From Mobula hypostoma (lineage: Eukaryota): a stretch of 64,000 bases of DNA. The notes beneath the pieces were generated by a model. That model saw only the letters and a program-made list of their open reading frames with translations. It was not told the origin of the DNA and did no database searches. The translations under genes were made by a program, and so were the position numbers. The stretch lies in the NCBI RefSeq assembly GCF_963921235.1, contig NC_086101.1, positions 5,148,001 to 5,212,000 of the forward strand, written 5' to 3'. Below, piece by piece: positions 24,973 to 36,388 of this stretch (position 1 is the stretch's first letter; every line of letters starts with the position of its first letter).

Positions 24973-26330
24973 GTACGTCAGGCTGGTGGAGGAATGTGCC
25001 AGGATTAATCATGAACCTGATCTCTCACCCACAGAGTCTGAGAACAATACCACACAGAAACTGGCCCTTCGGCCCATCTAGTCAATGCAGCCTGGCAATC
25101 TGAGTTATGATGCTCCTGTACCACCTCCCTGACGGCAGTGGGTCAAGGAGATAGTGGGATGGGTGGTGGGGATCGTCAACAATGCTTTGGGCCCTTTGTC
25201 TACAATGCTTCTGATAAATGGCACAAATAGGGGGGAGTGAGACCCCAGTGATCCACTGACTTCAAAGTATTTTTGAACATTTTGCACAGTAAATAGAAAG
25301 GAAGATAGAAAATAAATAGAGCACCACAGCCCAGAAAGAGGCCCTTCGGCCCATCTAGTCCATGGCAAACTATTAATCTGACTAGTGCCACTGACCTGCA
25401 CCCAGACCATGGCACACCATACCCCTCCCATTCCTGTATCTATCCAAATTTCATTTAAATGTTGAAATCTCAAACCGGTATTCACCACTCCCGCGAGCAG
25501 CTCATTCCACACTCTCACCACCGTATAACTCAGGTCCTCAATTCCCAGCTTTATCCTTGGAAGTTTGGTTGGGGCTCCTTCAATCTTACTGATAATTTTC
25601 CTGTAAGTAGTGACCAGAACAGTGCACAAACTCCAAATTGTTACTGTGCAAGTTTGCACGTTTGTGCAATGTCTCTGCCCCATCCCTGTCACAGGGGCAA
25701 GAGGAGTATAGCAAAAATAATCAGTCTTGCTGACAGGATGGTGGTAAACGACCATCTCACTCAATCAGGAGCACACACACTGGGCCTTGTAGATATGGGA
25801 ATTAAGGAAATCGAGGATTTGGAGGCTTAGTAAAGTAAAATGGTGCTCATATAATAGTGTTAACTTCCGGAGAATTCTTACCACTCTCACCCCCTCTCCT
25901 TTTTTACATTGAGGTAATGGTGCAAGTCTACTATTAAGGATTACAGAACGCAGCAGAGAATTGGACAGCAGAGCAAAGGATACCCTACTTTACTAATCCC
26001 ATTTGCCCACATCCCTCCAGGCCTTTCCTACTCCATTGTCTGTCCAAATTGCTGAAGGTTGTCACAGCTGCGGGAGGTAGTGGGGATGAGATCCCACGAC
26101 CTATTAAATACTCTCAATGATGAGCGTCTCAAATAGCCTGTGATGGCCGAGTCCCGCTCCTGGCCACCACCTCTACTAATACCAAGGGAGTTGTGTCGAC
26201 TGCCAGAAGGGCAAAGGCGGGTTACTGGTGCCTGAAATCCAGTCACTCTGGGCAGGCGAGGCACGTCGGCTGTGGGTGGCAGCTCATCTAGAAGGAACTC
26301 TCTGATCTCAAACCTCCGCTGCCTTTTTAT

Positions 26331-26406
26331 GCAACATACATCAAAGTTGCTGGTGAACGCAGCAGGCCAGGCAGCTGCGTTCACCAGCAACTTTGATGTA
26401 TGTTGC
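26331..26406. repeat. Perfect inverted repeat (32-bp arms) derived from a Penelope terminus
   Basis: GCAACATACATCAAAGTTGCTGGTGAACGCAG (26331-26362) and its exact reverse complement (26375-26406). Confidence 0.95.
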
Positions 26407-28263
26407 TTGAATTTCCAGCATCTGCAGAATTCCTGTTGTTTGCGTTTAAATTCACTACCTGACCAGTATCATTTTCCAGTGGTCCGGTATCAACTCTCAC
26501 CTCCCTTTTACTCTTTATATAACTGAAAAAACTTTTTGGTATCCTGCTTTATATTATTGTCTAGTTTGCCCTCAAATTTTATCTTTACCCTTCTTATAGC
26601 TTTTTTAGTTGCCTTTTGTTGGATTCTTATTCACTTTTGCTACCTCTCCTTGGCTTTTATGTAGTCCTTAAGTTCCCTTGTCAGCCATGGTTACCTACCA
26701 CTGCCATTTGAGAACTACTTCCTCCGTGGGACATATCTGCCCTGCGCCTTGTGAACTATTCCCAGAAACTTCAGCCATCTCTGCTCTGCCATCATCCCCG
26801 CCAGTATCCTCCTCCAGTTCAGTTGGACAAGCTCCTCTCTCATGCAGGATCCCACACTTGATGCAGGATTTATCCTGAAGGATCCCACGCACCCTGCTCA
26901 TGGGCTGTTTGTCCTACTAAATATCTTCAATATTTAATATTGTAATTCAGGGAGTGTGGAACGCAGAACCAAATATCGCTGTGATGATTGTCCGTTCTAG
27001 TACCAATTGTTTGGCGACTATAAAGTATAACCTTAAAGTAAAAGTACTCCCATCAGGCATGGCATCCACATCAGGACCACCAGACCCCAAAATAGTTACT
27101 TCCCCAGGCAGTAAGGCTGATCAACACCCCCACCCACTAACTTGACCACTACTTTATTATTTCTTGTCAGTCACCTTAGCCCTTAATCCTGTACCTGGCA
27201 TCCTTTATGGACATACAATTAGTCTGTGCACAGTATTTAAGCTATTTCATGTACGGGTATTTTTTGTGTGTTGTTTTAGTATTATTATTGTGTTCTTTGG
27301 TTTTTTTTTGGTGCTGTGTTGGAACCGGAGTAACAATTATTTTGTTCTCCTTTACATTTGTGTACTGTAAATTAAACAGTCTGAAATCATGAGGTTAAAT
27401 AAAAGGGAATGGGGCACGATCTCATTGATTGGCAACACAGCAGGGATCAAGTGGCCTTCCCAGCTTCTGAATTTCATGTGAAAATAATTTCAGTAAGACT
27501 GTCTCGTATCTTTATTCCACTTTCCCAGCATTACCCATCGTTCTCATCCTGGCTTTATCCATGTTCCCCATAACCCCCGCCTCTCTATCTTAAGCCCTCC
27601 GACTTCGCTTCATATGATTACACGACTTGCTTGAAAGAGATTTCCCAATGATCTGAGGGCGTTTCCCAGTCTTAAACCACCTGCCCCTTATCTTGAGACC
27701 ATCATCCTGAGGCTTATAAGTCAAGTAGTCACTTTTTATTGTCATTTCGACCATAATTGCTGGTACAGTACACAGTAAAAACGAGACAACGTTTTTCAGG
27801 ACCATGGTGCTACATGTAACCCTGTTACATAACAAAACCACGTTAGCATATTATACACAATATGCTGGAGAAAGTCAGCAAGTCAGATAGCATCTACTTC
27901 AGTGACTGTGGTTTGATGTTTTATATCCTGTGGGTTTTGCCCATTGTTTGCCGTTTGCATGATTTGTTGTTTTTTTCTGTGTTGAGTGTCTGATGTTTAG
28001 TTTGAACGGGTTCCATGCTGTTTTTTTTTGTTTCGAGGCTATCTGTGACAAATTTCAGGGTTGTATACTGAATGCATACTTTGATTATAAATGTAGTTTG
28101 AACTTTAAACTTCACCACGATGTAACTGGCCACTTTCCTAACTTTGACCTTACTGAAATTACGATTACCTATGATTGCCCACAGATCCCTAGCTCTTTGG
28201 AAGTGGGGTGTTAGTTTCTCTTTTTAATTCTTTGTGCCTCACGTCTTCTATTTCTTTTTCCAG

Positions 28264-28290
28264 AATGGAACAGGATGCGAAGTCACGCAG
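28264..28290 (+). CDS. BTN-like micro-exon 10 (EWNRMRSHA)
   Basis: tttctttttccag | 27 nt | gtaaga; W-x-basic...HA matches the short pre-B30.2 exon of butyrophilins and joins in frame to VVVCPDPNTA. Confidence 0.9.
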
Positions 28291-28614
28291 GTAAGACCAT
28301 TGGGGAATGAAGTGCACTTGCCAAACATGCCACTGATCTTTCCCTCCGTACTGAGGCATTAGCTCCTGGTGTCGGAGCAATGCTGGCAGGCTGCCCTTTA
28401 TCCTCTGTTACCTTTGATTACAGGGAGTTGTGTTGCCTTCAGATCAATCAGGTAGTCTTTCATAAATTCCGTAAGTTTTCTTTATTAAGTAAGTACTGGA
28501 AAGTAACTGATCTCAAGGTAGTGGCTGGTAACATCTGGCAGGTTTCTTACACAGAGTGCTGGGTGCGTGGAACACCCTGCCAGTACAGGGCATGCTGGAG
28601 GCAGATACATTCAG

Positions 28615-29440
28615 GGTAACTGGGCTGAGAAGTGGCAGATGGAGTTCAACCCAGATAAGTATGAGGTGGTTCATTTTGGTAGGTCAAATATGATGGCAGA
28701 ATATAGTATTAATGGTAAGACTCTTGGCAGTGTGGAGGATCAGAGGGATCTTGGGGTCCAAGTCCATAGGACACTCAAAGCTGCTGCGCAGGTTGACTCT
28801 GTGGTTAAGAAGGCATACGGTGTATTGGCCTTCATCAATCGTGGGATTGAGTTTAAGAGCCGAGAGGTAATGTTGCAGCTATATAGGACCCTGGTCAGAC
28901 CCCACTTGGAGTACTGTGCTCAGTTCTGGTCACCTCACTACAGGAAGGATGTGGAAACCATAGAAAGGGTGCAGAGGAGATCTACAAGGATGTTGCCTGG
29001 ATTGGGGAGCATGCCTTATGAGAATAGGTTGAGTGAACTTGGCTTTTTCTCTTTGGAGCGACGGAGGATGAGAGGTGACCTGTTAGAGGTGTATAAGATG
29101 ATGAGAGGCATTGATCGTGTGGGTAGTCAGAGGCTTTTTCCCAGGGCTGAAATGGTTGCCACAAGAGGACACAGGTTTAAGGTGCTGGGGAGTAGGTACA
29201 GAGATGTCAGGGGTAAGTTTTTCACTCAGAGAGTGGTGAGTGTGTGGAATGGGCTGCTGGCAACGGTGGTGGAGGTGGATATGATGGGGTCTTTTAAGAG
29301 ACATTTAGATAGGTCCTTGGAACTTAGTATAATAGAGAGCTATAGGTAAGCCTAGTAATTTCTAAGGTAGGGACATGTTCGGCACAACTTTGTGGGCCAA
29401 AGGGCCTGTATTGTGCTGTAGGTTTCCTATGTTTCTATTT
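28615..29440 (+). mobile_element. 5'-truncated CR1 LINE
   Basis: ORF 28567..29349 WAEKWQMEFN...LVRPHLEYCAQFWSP...TRGHRFK. Confidence 0.92.
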
Positions 29441-29909
29441 GAGAAACTGATAGGCACATGGACAATGGAAAAATGGAGTGTTGTGCGGAAGGGAAGGATT
29501 AGATATACCTTAAGAGAAGGTTAAAATACCAGCACAATATTCTGCTGTACTGTTCGATGTATCATTCCCTCCACAGCACCTGGATGGTACTGGTTTTAAT
29601 CTCTCTGCACCGGTTTCTTGGGCAGAGCTTAGGAAGTTGACCCGACTGTGGCATGGTGACAATGCTCACATATGAGGAAAGGCAAAATTCAAACTTCAAA
29701 TAAATTTATTATCAAAAGTAGATATGTGTAACCATATACTACCTCGAGATTCATTTCCTGCAGACATTCACAGGAGAAAAGAAATACAATAGAATTTATG
29801 AAAATTATACATAAGGGAAGACTGACATGACCAGTGTACAAAAGAGTAAGTTTAGAACATGGAGGAATGTCCTACCATTCACTGTTTAGGTTTTACACAG
29901 TAAAGCACT

Positions 29910-30350
29910 CACAGAGCACTCTAACTGGTTCCGTCGCTGTCTGGTGTGGAAGTTCTACCGAACAGGATCTGAAAATTGTAAGCTCAGCCAGTTCCATCGT
30001 GGGCACTGGCCTCCCCGGTATTGAGGACATCTTTGAAAGGCAATGCCTCAAAAAAGCAGCATCCATCATTGCAGACCCCCCTCACCCAGGACGTGCCCTC
30101 TTCTCACTGCTACCATCAGGGAGGAGGTACAGGAGCCTGAAGACACACACTCAATGATTCAGGGACAGCTCCTTCCCCTCTGCCATCAGGTTTCTGAATG
30201 GACAATGAACACTTACCTCAGTAGTGTTGTTCCCTCTCTATTTGCACTAATTATATATACTTATCGTAATTTATAATTTTTATTATTATGTATTGCAATG
30301 TACTGCTGCCACGTCACAACAAATTTCACAACATATGCTAGTGATGTTGA
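29910..30350 (+). mobile_element. Rex/Babar-type 3' fragment
   Basis: CLKKAASIIADPPHPGRALFSLLPSGRRYRSLKT. Confidence 0.8.
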
Positions 30351-30699
30351 TGGAGATTTACTCTGGTTTATGGAACTGGCAGGTTAGAGTGTCTGAGTCT
30401 CAGGTCTGAAGCCTCCTGATGTGGAAGGCAGTGAATTTCGGGAAGTCTCCAACCCCAGAAGGTTGTGGTTGCTAAGTCACATAATACAGTCAAGGTGGAA
30501 TTGACTGTCTGGGAAGTGGAGGATATAGGGTCTGGATAGATGGACTTTGGGTCAGGGATAGCAGTTAGTGAGATGCTTTACAATGCCAGCAACCCAGTTC
30601 AGTCCCTGCTGCTGCCTGTAAGGGTTTAGTACGTTCTCCCTGTGACCAGATGCTTTGGTTTCCTCCCACATTCCGATTCCGAAGCAGTTCCCGAGGAGA

Positions 30700-31545
30700 C
30701 ATCGGATTGCGCAGAATTAGGCACTTGGCAAGATCCAGTAAAAAGAAGCTAGCTTTAAGCGGAGCGGGCGTTGTGTTAAGTGGGTCAGTGTTTGAGTCAC
30801 CTGAGGCTTTGGCTCATCAAGGCCGGTGAGGAGAGGCGTAGGCTCTAGGTGGTTCTTTTTCATTATTTATTCTGTCTTACTGTACATAAGGATGTCAGGC
30901 AGGGTACTGGAACACTCCTCTTGTGGGATCTGGGAAGGCAGGGAGCCCTCCAGTCTCCCTGACGACTACATCCGTGAGAAGTACATCCAGCTGCAGCTTC
31001 TAACAAACCACATTAAAGAGTTAGAGCTGGAACTGGATGAATTCTGGATCGTTCAGGAGGCTGAGTGGGTGACAGATAGGACATAGAAGGAGATAGTTAC
31101 ACCCACAGTGCAGGACACAGATAAATAGGTGACTGTCACGTTGGGAGAAAAGGGGTAGGCAGCCAGTGTAGAGTACCTCTGTGGCCATTGTGCTGTTGTA
31201 TCTGTTGGAGGGGGTGGAATGACCGAGCAGAGGAAAGTCACAGCAGTCAGGTCTCTGGCACTGATTTGGGCTCTGTGGCTCTGAAGTGAAGAGGGGAGAT
31301 GAGGCAACCTGTGTTGATAGGGGATTCATTGGTTAGAGAACAGAAAGGAGGTTTTGTGAATGAGAACGAGATTCCTGGGTGCCAGGGTCGGGGACAGCTC
31401 GGATGAAGTCAACAGCATACTTGCGCGGTAGGGTGAGTAGCCAGAGGTGGTTGTCCACATTGGTACCAATGACCTGGATCGAAGGCTTGAGTTCAGAGTT
31501 AGGTGCTAAATTAAAGGACAGGATCTCCAGATTGCTACCCGTCCC
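30700..31545 (+). mobile_element. CR1 5' region/ORF1 remnant
   Basis: MSGRVLEHSSCGIWE...PDDYIREKYIQLQLL...ELELELDE (decayed zinc-finger/coiled-coil), then IGDSLVR and VHIGTND esterase-like motifs. Confidence 0.75.
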
Positions 31546-31582
31546 ACTATTGATGTCAGGCTGACTGGTCTATAATTTCCTG

Positions 31583-32290
31583 CAAACACGAGGAAATCTG
31601 CAGATGCTGGAAATTCAAGCAACACACACAAAATGCTGGTGGAACGCAGCAGGCCAGGCAACATCTACAGGAAGAGGTACAGTCGACATTTCGGGCCGAG
31701 ACGCTTCGTCAGGACTAACTGAAAGAAGAGATAGTCAGATATTTCCTCCTCTACTGTCCAGAGATATGTCAATCCACGGCCTCCTCTACTGTCAAGACGA
31801 AGCCACACTCAGGTTGGAGGAACAACACCTTATATTCCATCTGGGTAGCCTCCAACCTGATGGCATGAACACTGACTTCTCTAACTTCCGCTAATGCCCC
31901 ACCTTCCCCTCGTACCCCATCCCTTATTTATTAATTTTTTAGTTTTTTTTTGCTTTTTTTCTCTCTCTGTCCCTCTCACATTGACTCCTTGCCTGCTCTC
32001 CATCTTCCTCTGGCGCTCCCCTCCCCCTCTCTTTCTTCCTGGGCCTCCTGTCCCACGATCCTCTCGTATCCCCTTTGCCTATCACCTGTCCAGCTCTTGG
32101 CTCCATCCCTCCCCCTCCTGTCTTCTCCTGTCATTTTGGATCTCCCCCTCCCCCTCCCACTTTCAAATCTCTTACTAACTCTTCCTTCAGTTAGTCCTGA
32201 CGAAGGGTCTCGTCCCGAAACGTCGACTGTACTTCTACCTATAGATGCTGCCTGGCCTGCTGCGTTCCACCAGCATTTTGTGTGTGTTGC
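31583..32290 (+). mobile_element. Short Penelope insertion with inverted termini and 12-bp TSD
   Basis: TATAATTTCCTG at 31571-31582 and 32291-32302; left end ~31618-31730 is the reverse complement of ~32178-32290; internal RLEEQHLIFHLGSLQPDGMN. Confidence 0.92.
32192..32229 (+). ncRNA. Minimal type I hammerhead ribozyme motif (Penelope-associated)
   Basis: TAGTC-CTGACGA-A-GGG-TCTCGT-CCC-GAAA-CG-TC-GACTG: stem I, CUGANGA core, stem II, GAAA, palindromic ACGU stem III, UC cleavage site. Confidence 0.8.
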
Positions 32291-32302
32291 TATAATTTCC
32301 TG

Positions 32303-35300
32303 ACTTATTCTCAGAGCTTTTCTTATACAACAGAACAACATTAGCTGTCTTCCAATCCCACAGCACCTCTCCCATGGCTTAAGGTGTTTTAAATATCTCT
32401 GCTAAGGTCATTTCAGATTCTGCACTAGTCTCCCATAGGGTCTGAGGGAACACCCTGTCAGGCCCTGGGCACTTTTCTACCCTAAATTGCCTCAAGACAG
32501 AAACACCACCTCCTGTGTGATCTGTAGAGGGTTCATGACTTTGCCTCACTTCTATAGACCCTGTGCCTGTCTCCCAAGTAAATACAGATGCAAAAAAAAA
32601 TCCATTTTAGATTCTACCCCCCCCCCAATCTCTTTCAGCTCCATACATGGATTGCCACTCTGATCTTCCAAAGGATCAGTTTTGTCTTCTGCTATCCTTG
32701 TGCTCTTAATGTATCTGCAGAACCCCTTACGATTCTCCTTCACCTTGTCTGCTGGAGCAACCTGATGCCTTCTTTTAGTCCCCCCTGATTTCCTTCTGAA
32801 ATGTTCCCATGCATTTCTTATACTCCTCAAGTACCTGATTTGTTCCTACCTGCCTGTACCAGCAAAGCACTTCCTTTTTCTTAACCAGGGCCTCGGTATC
32901 TCTCGAAAACCAATGTTCTCTAAACCTGTAATCCTTGCCTTTTATTCTGACAGGAACATACAAACTCTGTGCTCCCAAGATTTTACTTCTGAAGGCTTAC
33001 CAAGTCTTACCAAGAACACCTTTGCCAGAAAACAGCCTGTCCCCAATCCACACTTGCCAGATCCTTTCTGATCGTTGAGGTGTGCCAGTGTTGATCGTAG
33101 AACATAGAACATTGAATAGTACAGCACAGTACAGGCCCTTCGGCTCACAATGTTGTGCCGACCCTCAAACCCTGCCTCCCATATAACCCCCGACCTTAAA
33201 TTCCTCCATATACCTGTCTAGTAGTCTCTTAAACTTCACTAGTGTATCTGCCTCCACCACTGACTCAGGCAGTGCATTCCACGCACCAACCACCCTCTGA
33301 GTGAAAAACCTTCCTCTAATATCCCCCTTGAACTTCCCACCCCTTACCTTAAAGCAAGAAGGAGTTGTTACTTTCAATCTACACAGACTGTGGTCTCCCG
33401 GTGAGGAAGTCAGGGATCCATTTGGTCAAGAATGGTCAGTCGCCTGACATTCAAGATGAGGTAGTAAGTTGGATTAGACATTTGCTTTGTGGCAGAAGCC
33501 AGAGAGTGGTAGGAAACGGTTGCTTCTCTGGATGGTAGGCCTGTGATTGTGGTGCGCACAAGGATCAGTGTTGGGACTGTTGTTTGTCATCTGCAGTACC
33601 TCAGCAGTCTGGATGATAACGTAGTGAACTGAATGAACAGATTGGCGGATGACACCAAGATGAGGGTGTGGTGGACAGCGAGGAAGACAGTGCTTGCAGT
33701 TGGATCTGGATCAGCTGGAAAAATGGAGATGGAATTTACTGTAGACGTGTGAGGTGTTGCACTTTAGGAGGACCAAGCAGGGTAGGATTTGCACTGTGAG
33801 CGTTGGGGCACTGAGGAGTGCAGTAGAAAAGAGGGATCTGGGAATGCAGATCCATAATTCCTTGAAACTGGTGATCCAGGTAGATAGAGTCGTAAAGAAA
33901 GCTTTTGACGCATTCCCATTCAACCCCATTTACCTATCTTCTTGCCATATCCTTTGATGTCCTGACCGATCAGGAAATGATCAACCAACACCTTAAATAT
34001 ACCCCTGGACTTAGCCTTTGCTGCTGTCTGTGGCAGAGCATTCCACAGATTCACTAATCTCTGGCTAAAAGAAACTCCTCCTTACCTCTATTCTAAAAGG
34101 TCGCCCCTCAATCTTGAGGCTATGCCTTCTGGTTCTGGATACCACCACCATAGGAAACATCCTCTCCGCATCCACCTTATCTCATCCTTTCAGCATCCGG
34201 AAGGTTTCAATGAGATCCCCCCGCTGCATTCTTCTAAATTCCAGTGAGAACAGGCCCAAACCTGGCAGATGCTGTTCATGTGTTAACCCCTTCATTCCCA
34301 AAATCATCCTGGTGAACCTCCTGTGGACTCTCTCCAATGACAACACATCCTTTCCGAGATATGGGGCCCAAAACTGTTGACAGTACTCCAAATGTGGCCT
34401 TGTAAAGGCTCAGCATTATCTCCTTGCTTTTATATTCTATTCCCCTTGAAATAAATACCAACATTGGATTTGTCGTCTTTACCACAGACTCAACCTGTTA
34501 ATTAACCTTATGTCAGTTTAAGACGTTGGTGAGGCCTAATTTGGCGTATTGAGTGCAGTTTTGGTCACCTACCTACTGGAAAGGTGTAACCAAAGGTGAA
34601 CGATTGCAGAGAAAATTTACAAGGATGTTTCTGGACTGGAGGACTTGAGGTACAGGCAAAGGTGAATAGGTCAGCAGGATTCTATTCCCTAAAGCATAGA
34701 CGGCTGAGGGGAGCAACACACACAAAACGCTGGAGGAACTTCACAGGTCAGGCAGGTCCTGCTGAGGAGTCTCGGCCCCGAAATATCGACTGTACTCGCT
34801 TCCAGAGATGCTGCCTGTTCCTTGCTGAGTTCCTCCAGCATTTTGTGTGTGTTGTTTGGATTTCCAGCAGCTGCAGATTTTCTCTTGATTTGTGATAAGA
34901 TTGAGGAGAGATTTGATAAGATGTTTGCAAAAGCATGAGGGTGTCGAGAAAGTAAAGCCAAGCAGGCTATTTCTACTGAGGTTGGATGCATCTACATTAG
35001 AGGTGAAGGGTGAAAGATGAAATGTTTAAGGGGTATATGATTTGGTCACCAAATTACAGGAAGGATATAAATAAGGTTGAAAGAGTGCAGAGAAGGTTTA
35101 CAAGGTTGTTGCCAGGACTTGAGAAACTCAGTTACAGAGAAAGGTTGAATAGGTTAGGACTTTATTCCCTGGAGCGTAGAAGAATGAGGGGAGATTTGAC
35201 AGAGGTATATAAAATTATGATGGGTATAGATAGAGTGAATGCAAGCAGGCTTTTTCCACTGAGGCAAGGGGAGAAAGAAACCAGAGGACATGGGTTAAGG

Positions 35301-35755
35301 GTGAGGGGGGAAAAGTTTAAAGGAAACATTAGGTGGGGCTTCTTCACACAGAGAGTGGTGGGAGTATGGAATGAGCTGCCAGATGAGGTGGTAAATGCGG
35401 GTTCTTTTTTAACATTTGAGAATAAATTGGACAGATACATGGATGGGAAGTGTATGGAGGGATATGGTCCGTGTGCAGGTCAGTGGGACTAGGCAGAAAA
35501 TGGTTCGGCACAGCCAAGAAGGGCCAAAGGGCCTGTTTCTGTGCTGTAGTTTCTATGGTTTCTATGAGGAGGAAGTTTATCACTCAGATGGTGGTGAGAG
35601 TATGGAATGATCTGCCTGTGTAACGGGTTGATTTCAGTGTTGAAGAGAAGTTTAGATAGGTACATGGACGGGAGGAGTATGGTGTGCTGTAGTCCAGGTG
35701 CAGGTGGATGGGTGGAAAGGTCTCTTTCTGTGCTGTAGCATTCTATGACTCTATG
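32303..35755. mobile_element. Cluster of nested CR1 fragments on both strands plus a Penelope fold-back (~34712-34890)
   Basis: ORFs 32552..32830(-), 33165..33377(-), 33754..33957(+), 34182..34485(-) and 35010..35492(+) all carry CR1 ORF2 motifs. Confidence 0.85.
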
Positions 35756-35870
35756 ACAAACAAGGCTAAACTCTTTCTGAAGATGGGTAAAGGAAGAACA
35801 ATGGTTTTAAGTGGATGGTGGAACAAGGGGTTGAATAGAAGTGACCTTCCATTAATTTGTTCTCTCCTAG

Positions 35871-36388
35871 TTGTTGTGTGTCCAGATCCAAATACCGCTT
35901 GCCCAAGCCTGGAGGTGTCTTCAACGATGATCAGCGCGAGAGCCGGACCGCCCTTGACTGTTCCCAAGCTCCCAGAGCGATTTGACTCTGCTCTGTATGT
36001 GCTGGGGACGGAGGGTTTTGTGACGGGTGCCTACTTCTGGGAGGTTGAGGTCGCCTCGAAGAACTACTGGGACATCGGTGTGGTCCTCGAATCGGTCCAG
36101 CGGAAAGGCCTGCCCAACCTGTCTACCAGCAATGGCTTCTGGACCTTTGGCCGAGACGGGGAGATATACGCAGTCAGTGATAAGAATCACTCCAACATTT
36201 CAATGGAAACGAGGCCGACAAAGATCGCAGTGTTTCTGGACCTGGGGGCTAGGAAGTTGTCCTTCTACAATGCTGACACTATGTTCCACCTCCACACATT
36301 CAACACCACTTTCTCAGGCAAAGTCTACCCGTTCTTCTCACCTGGATGGAGTGAACCACCTCTGATCATTTGCCCCATTAACAGCTAG
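35871..36388 (+). CDS. BTN-like gene terminal exon: B30.2 (PRY-SPRY) domain
   Basis: Acceptor tttgttctctcctag, phase 1. Encodes VVVCPDPNTACPSL...PERFD...VLGTEGF..GAYFWEVEV...WDIGV..ESVQRKG...NGFW...IAVFLD...LSFYN...HLHTF..TFSGKVYPFFS...; TAG stop at 36386-36388. Confidence 0.96.

Noticed and set aside
26331..26406. Conserved microRNA gene
   Set aside because: Arms are Penelope terminal sequence found many times in the window; kept only as a TE-derived hairpin.
28424..28451. Possible eleventh micro-exon (ttacag...gtagtc)
   Set aside because: 28 nt would shift the frame, the donor is weak, and exon 10 already joins B30.2 in frame. Other missed micro-exons cannot be fully excluded by eye.
35708..35870. 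N-terminal part of ORF 35708..36388 as a stand-alone SPRY gene
   Set aside because: Starts in a CR1 3' UTR; domain homology begins at the splice acceptor 35870/35871.
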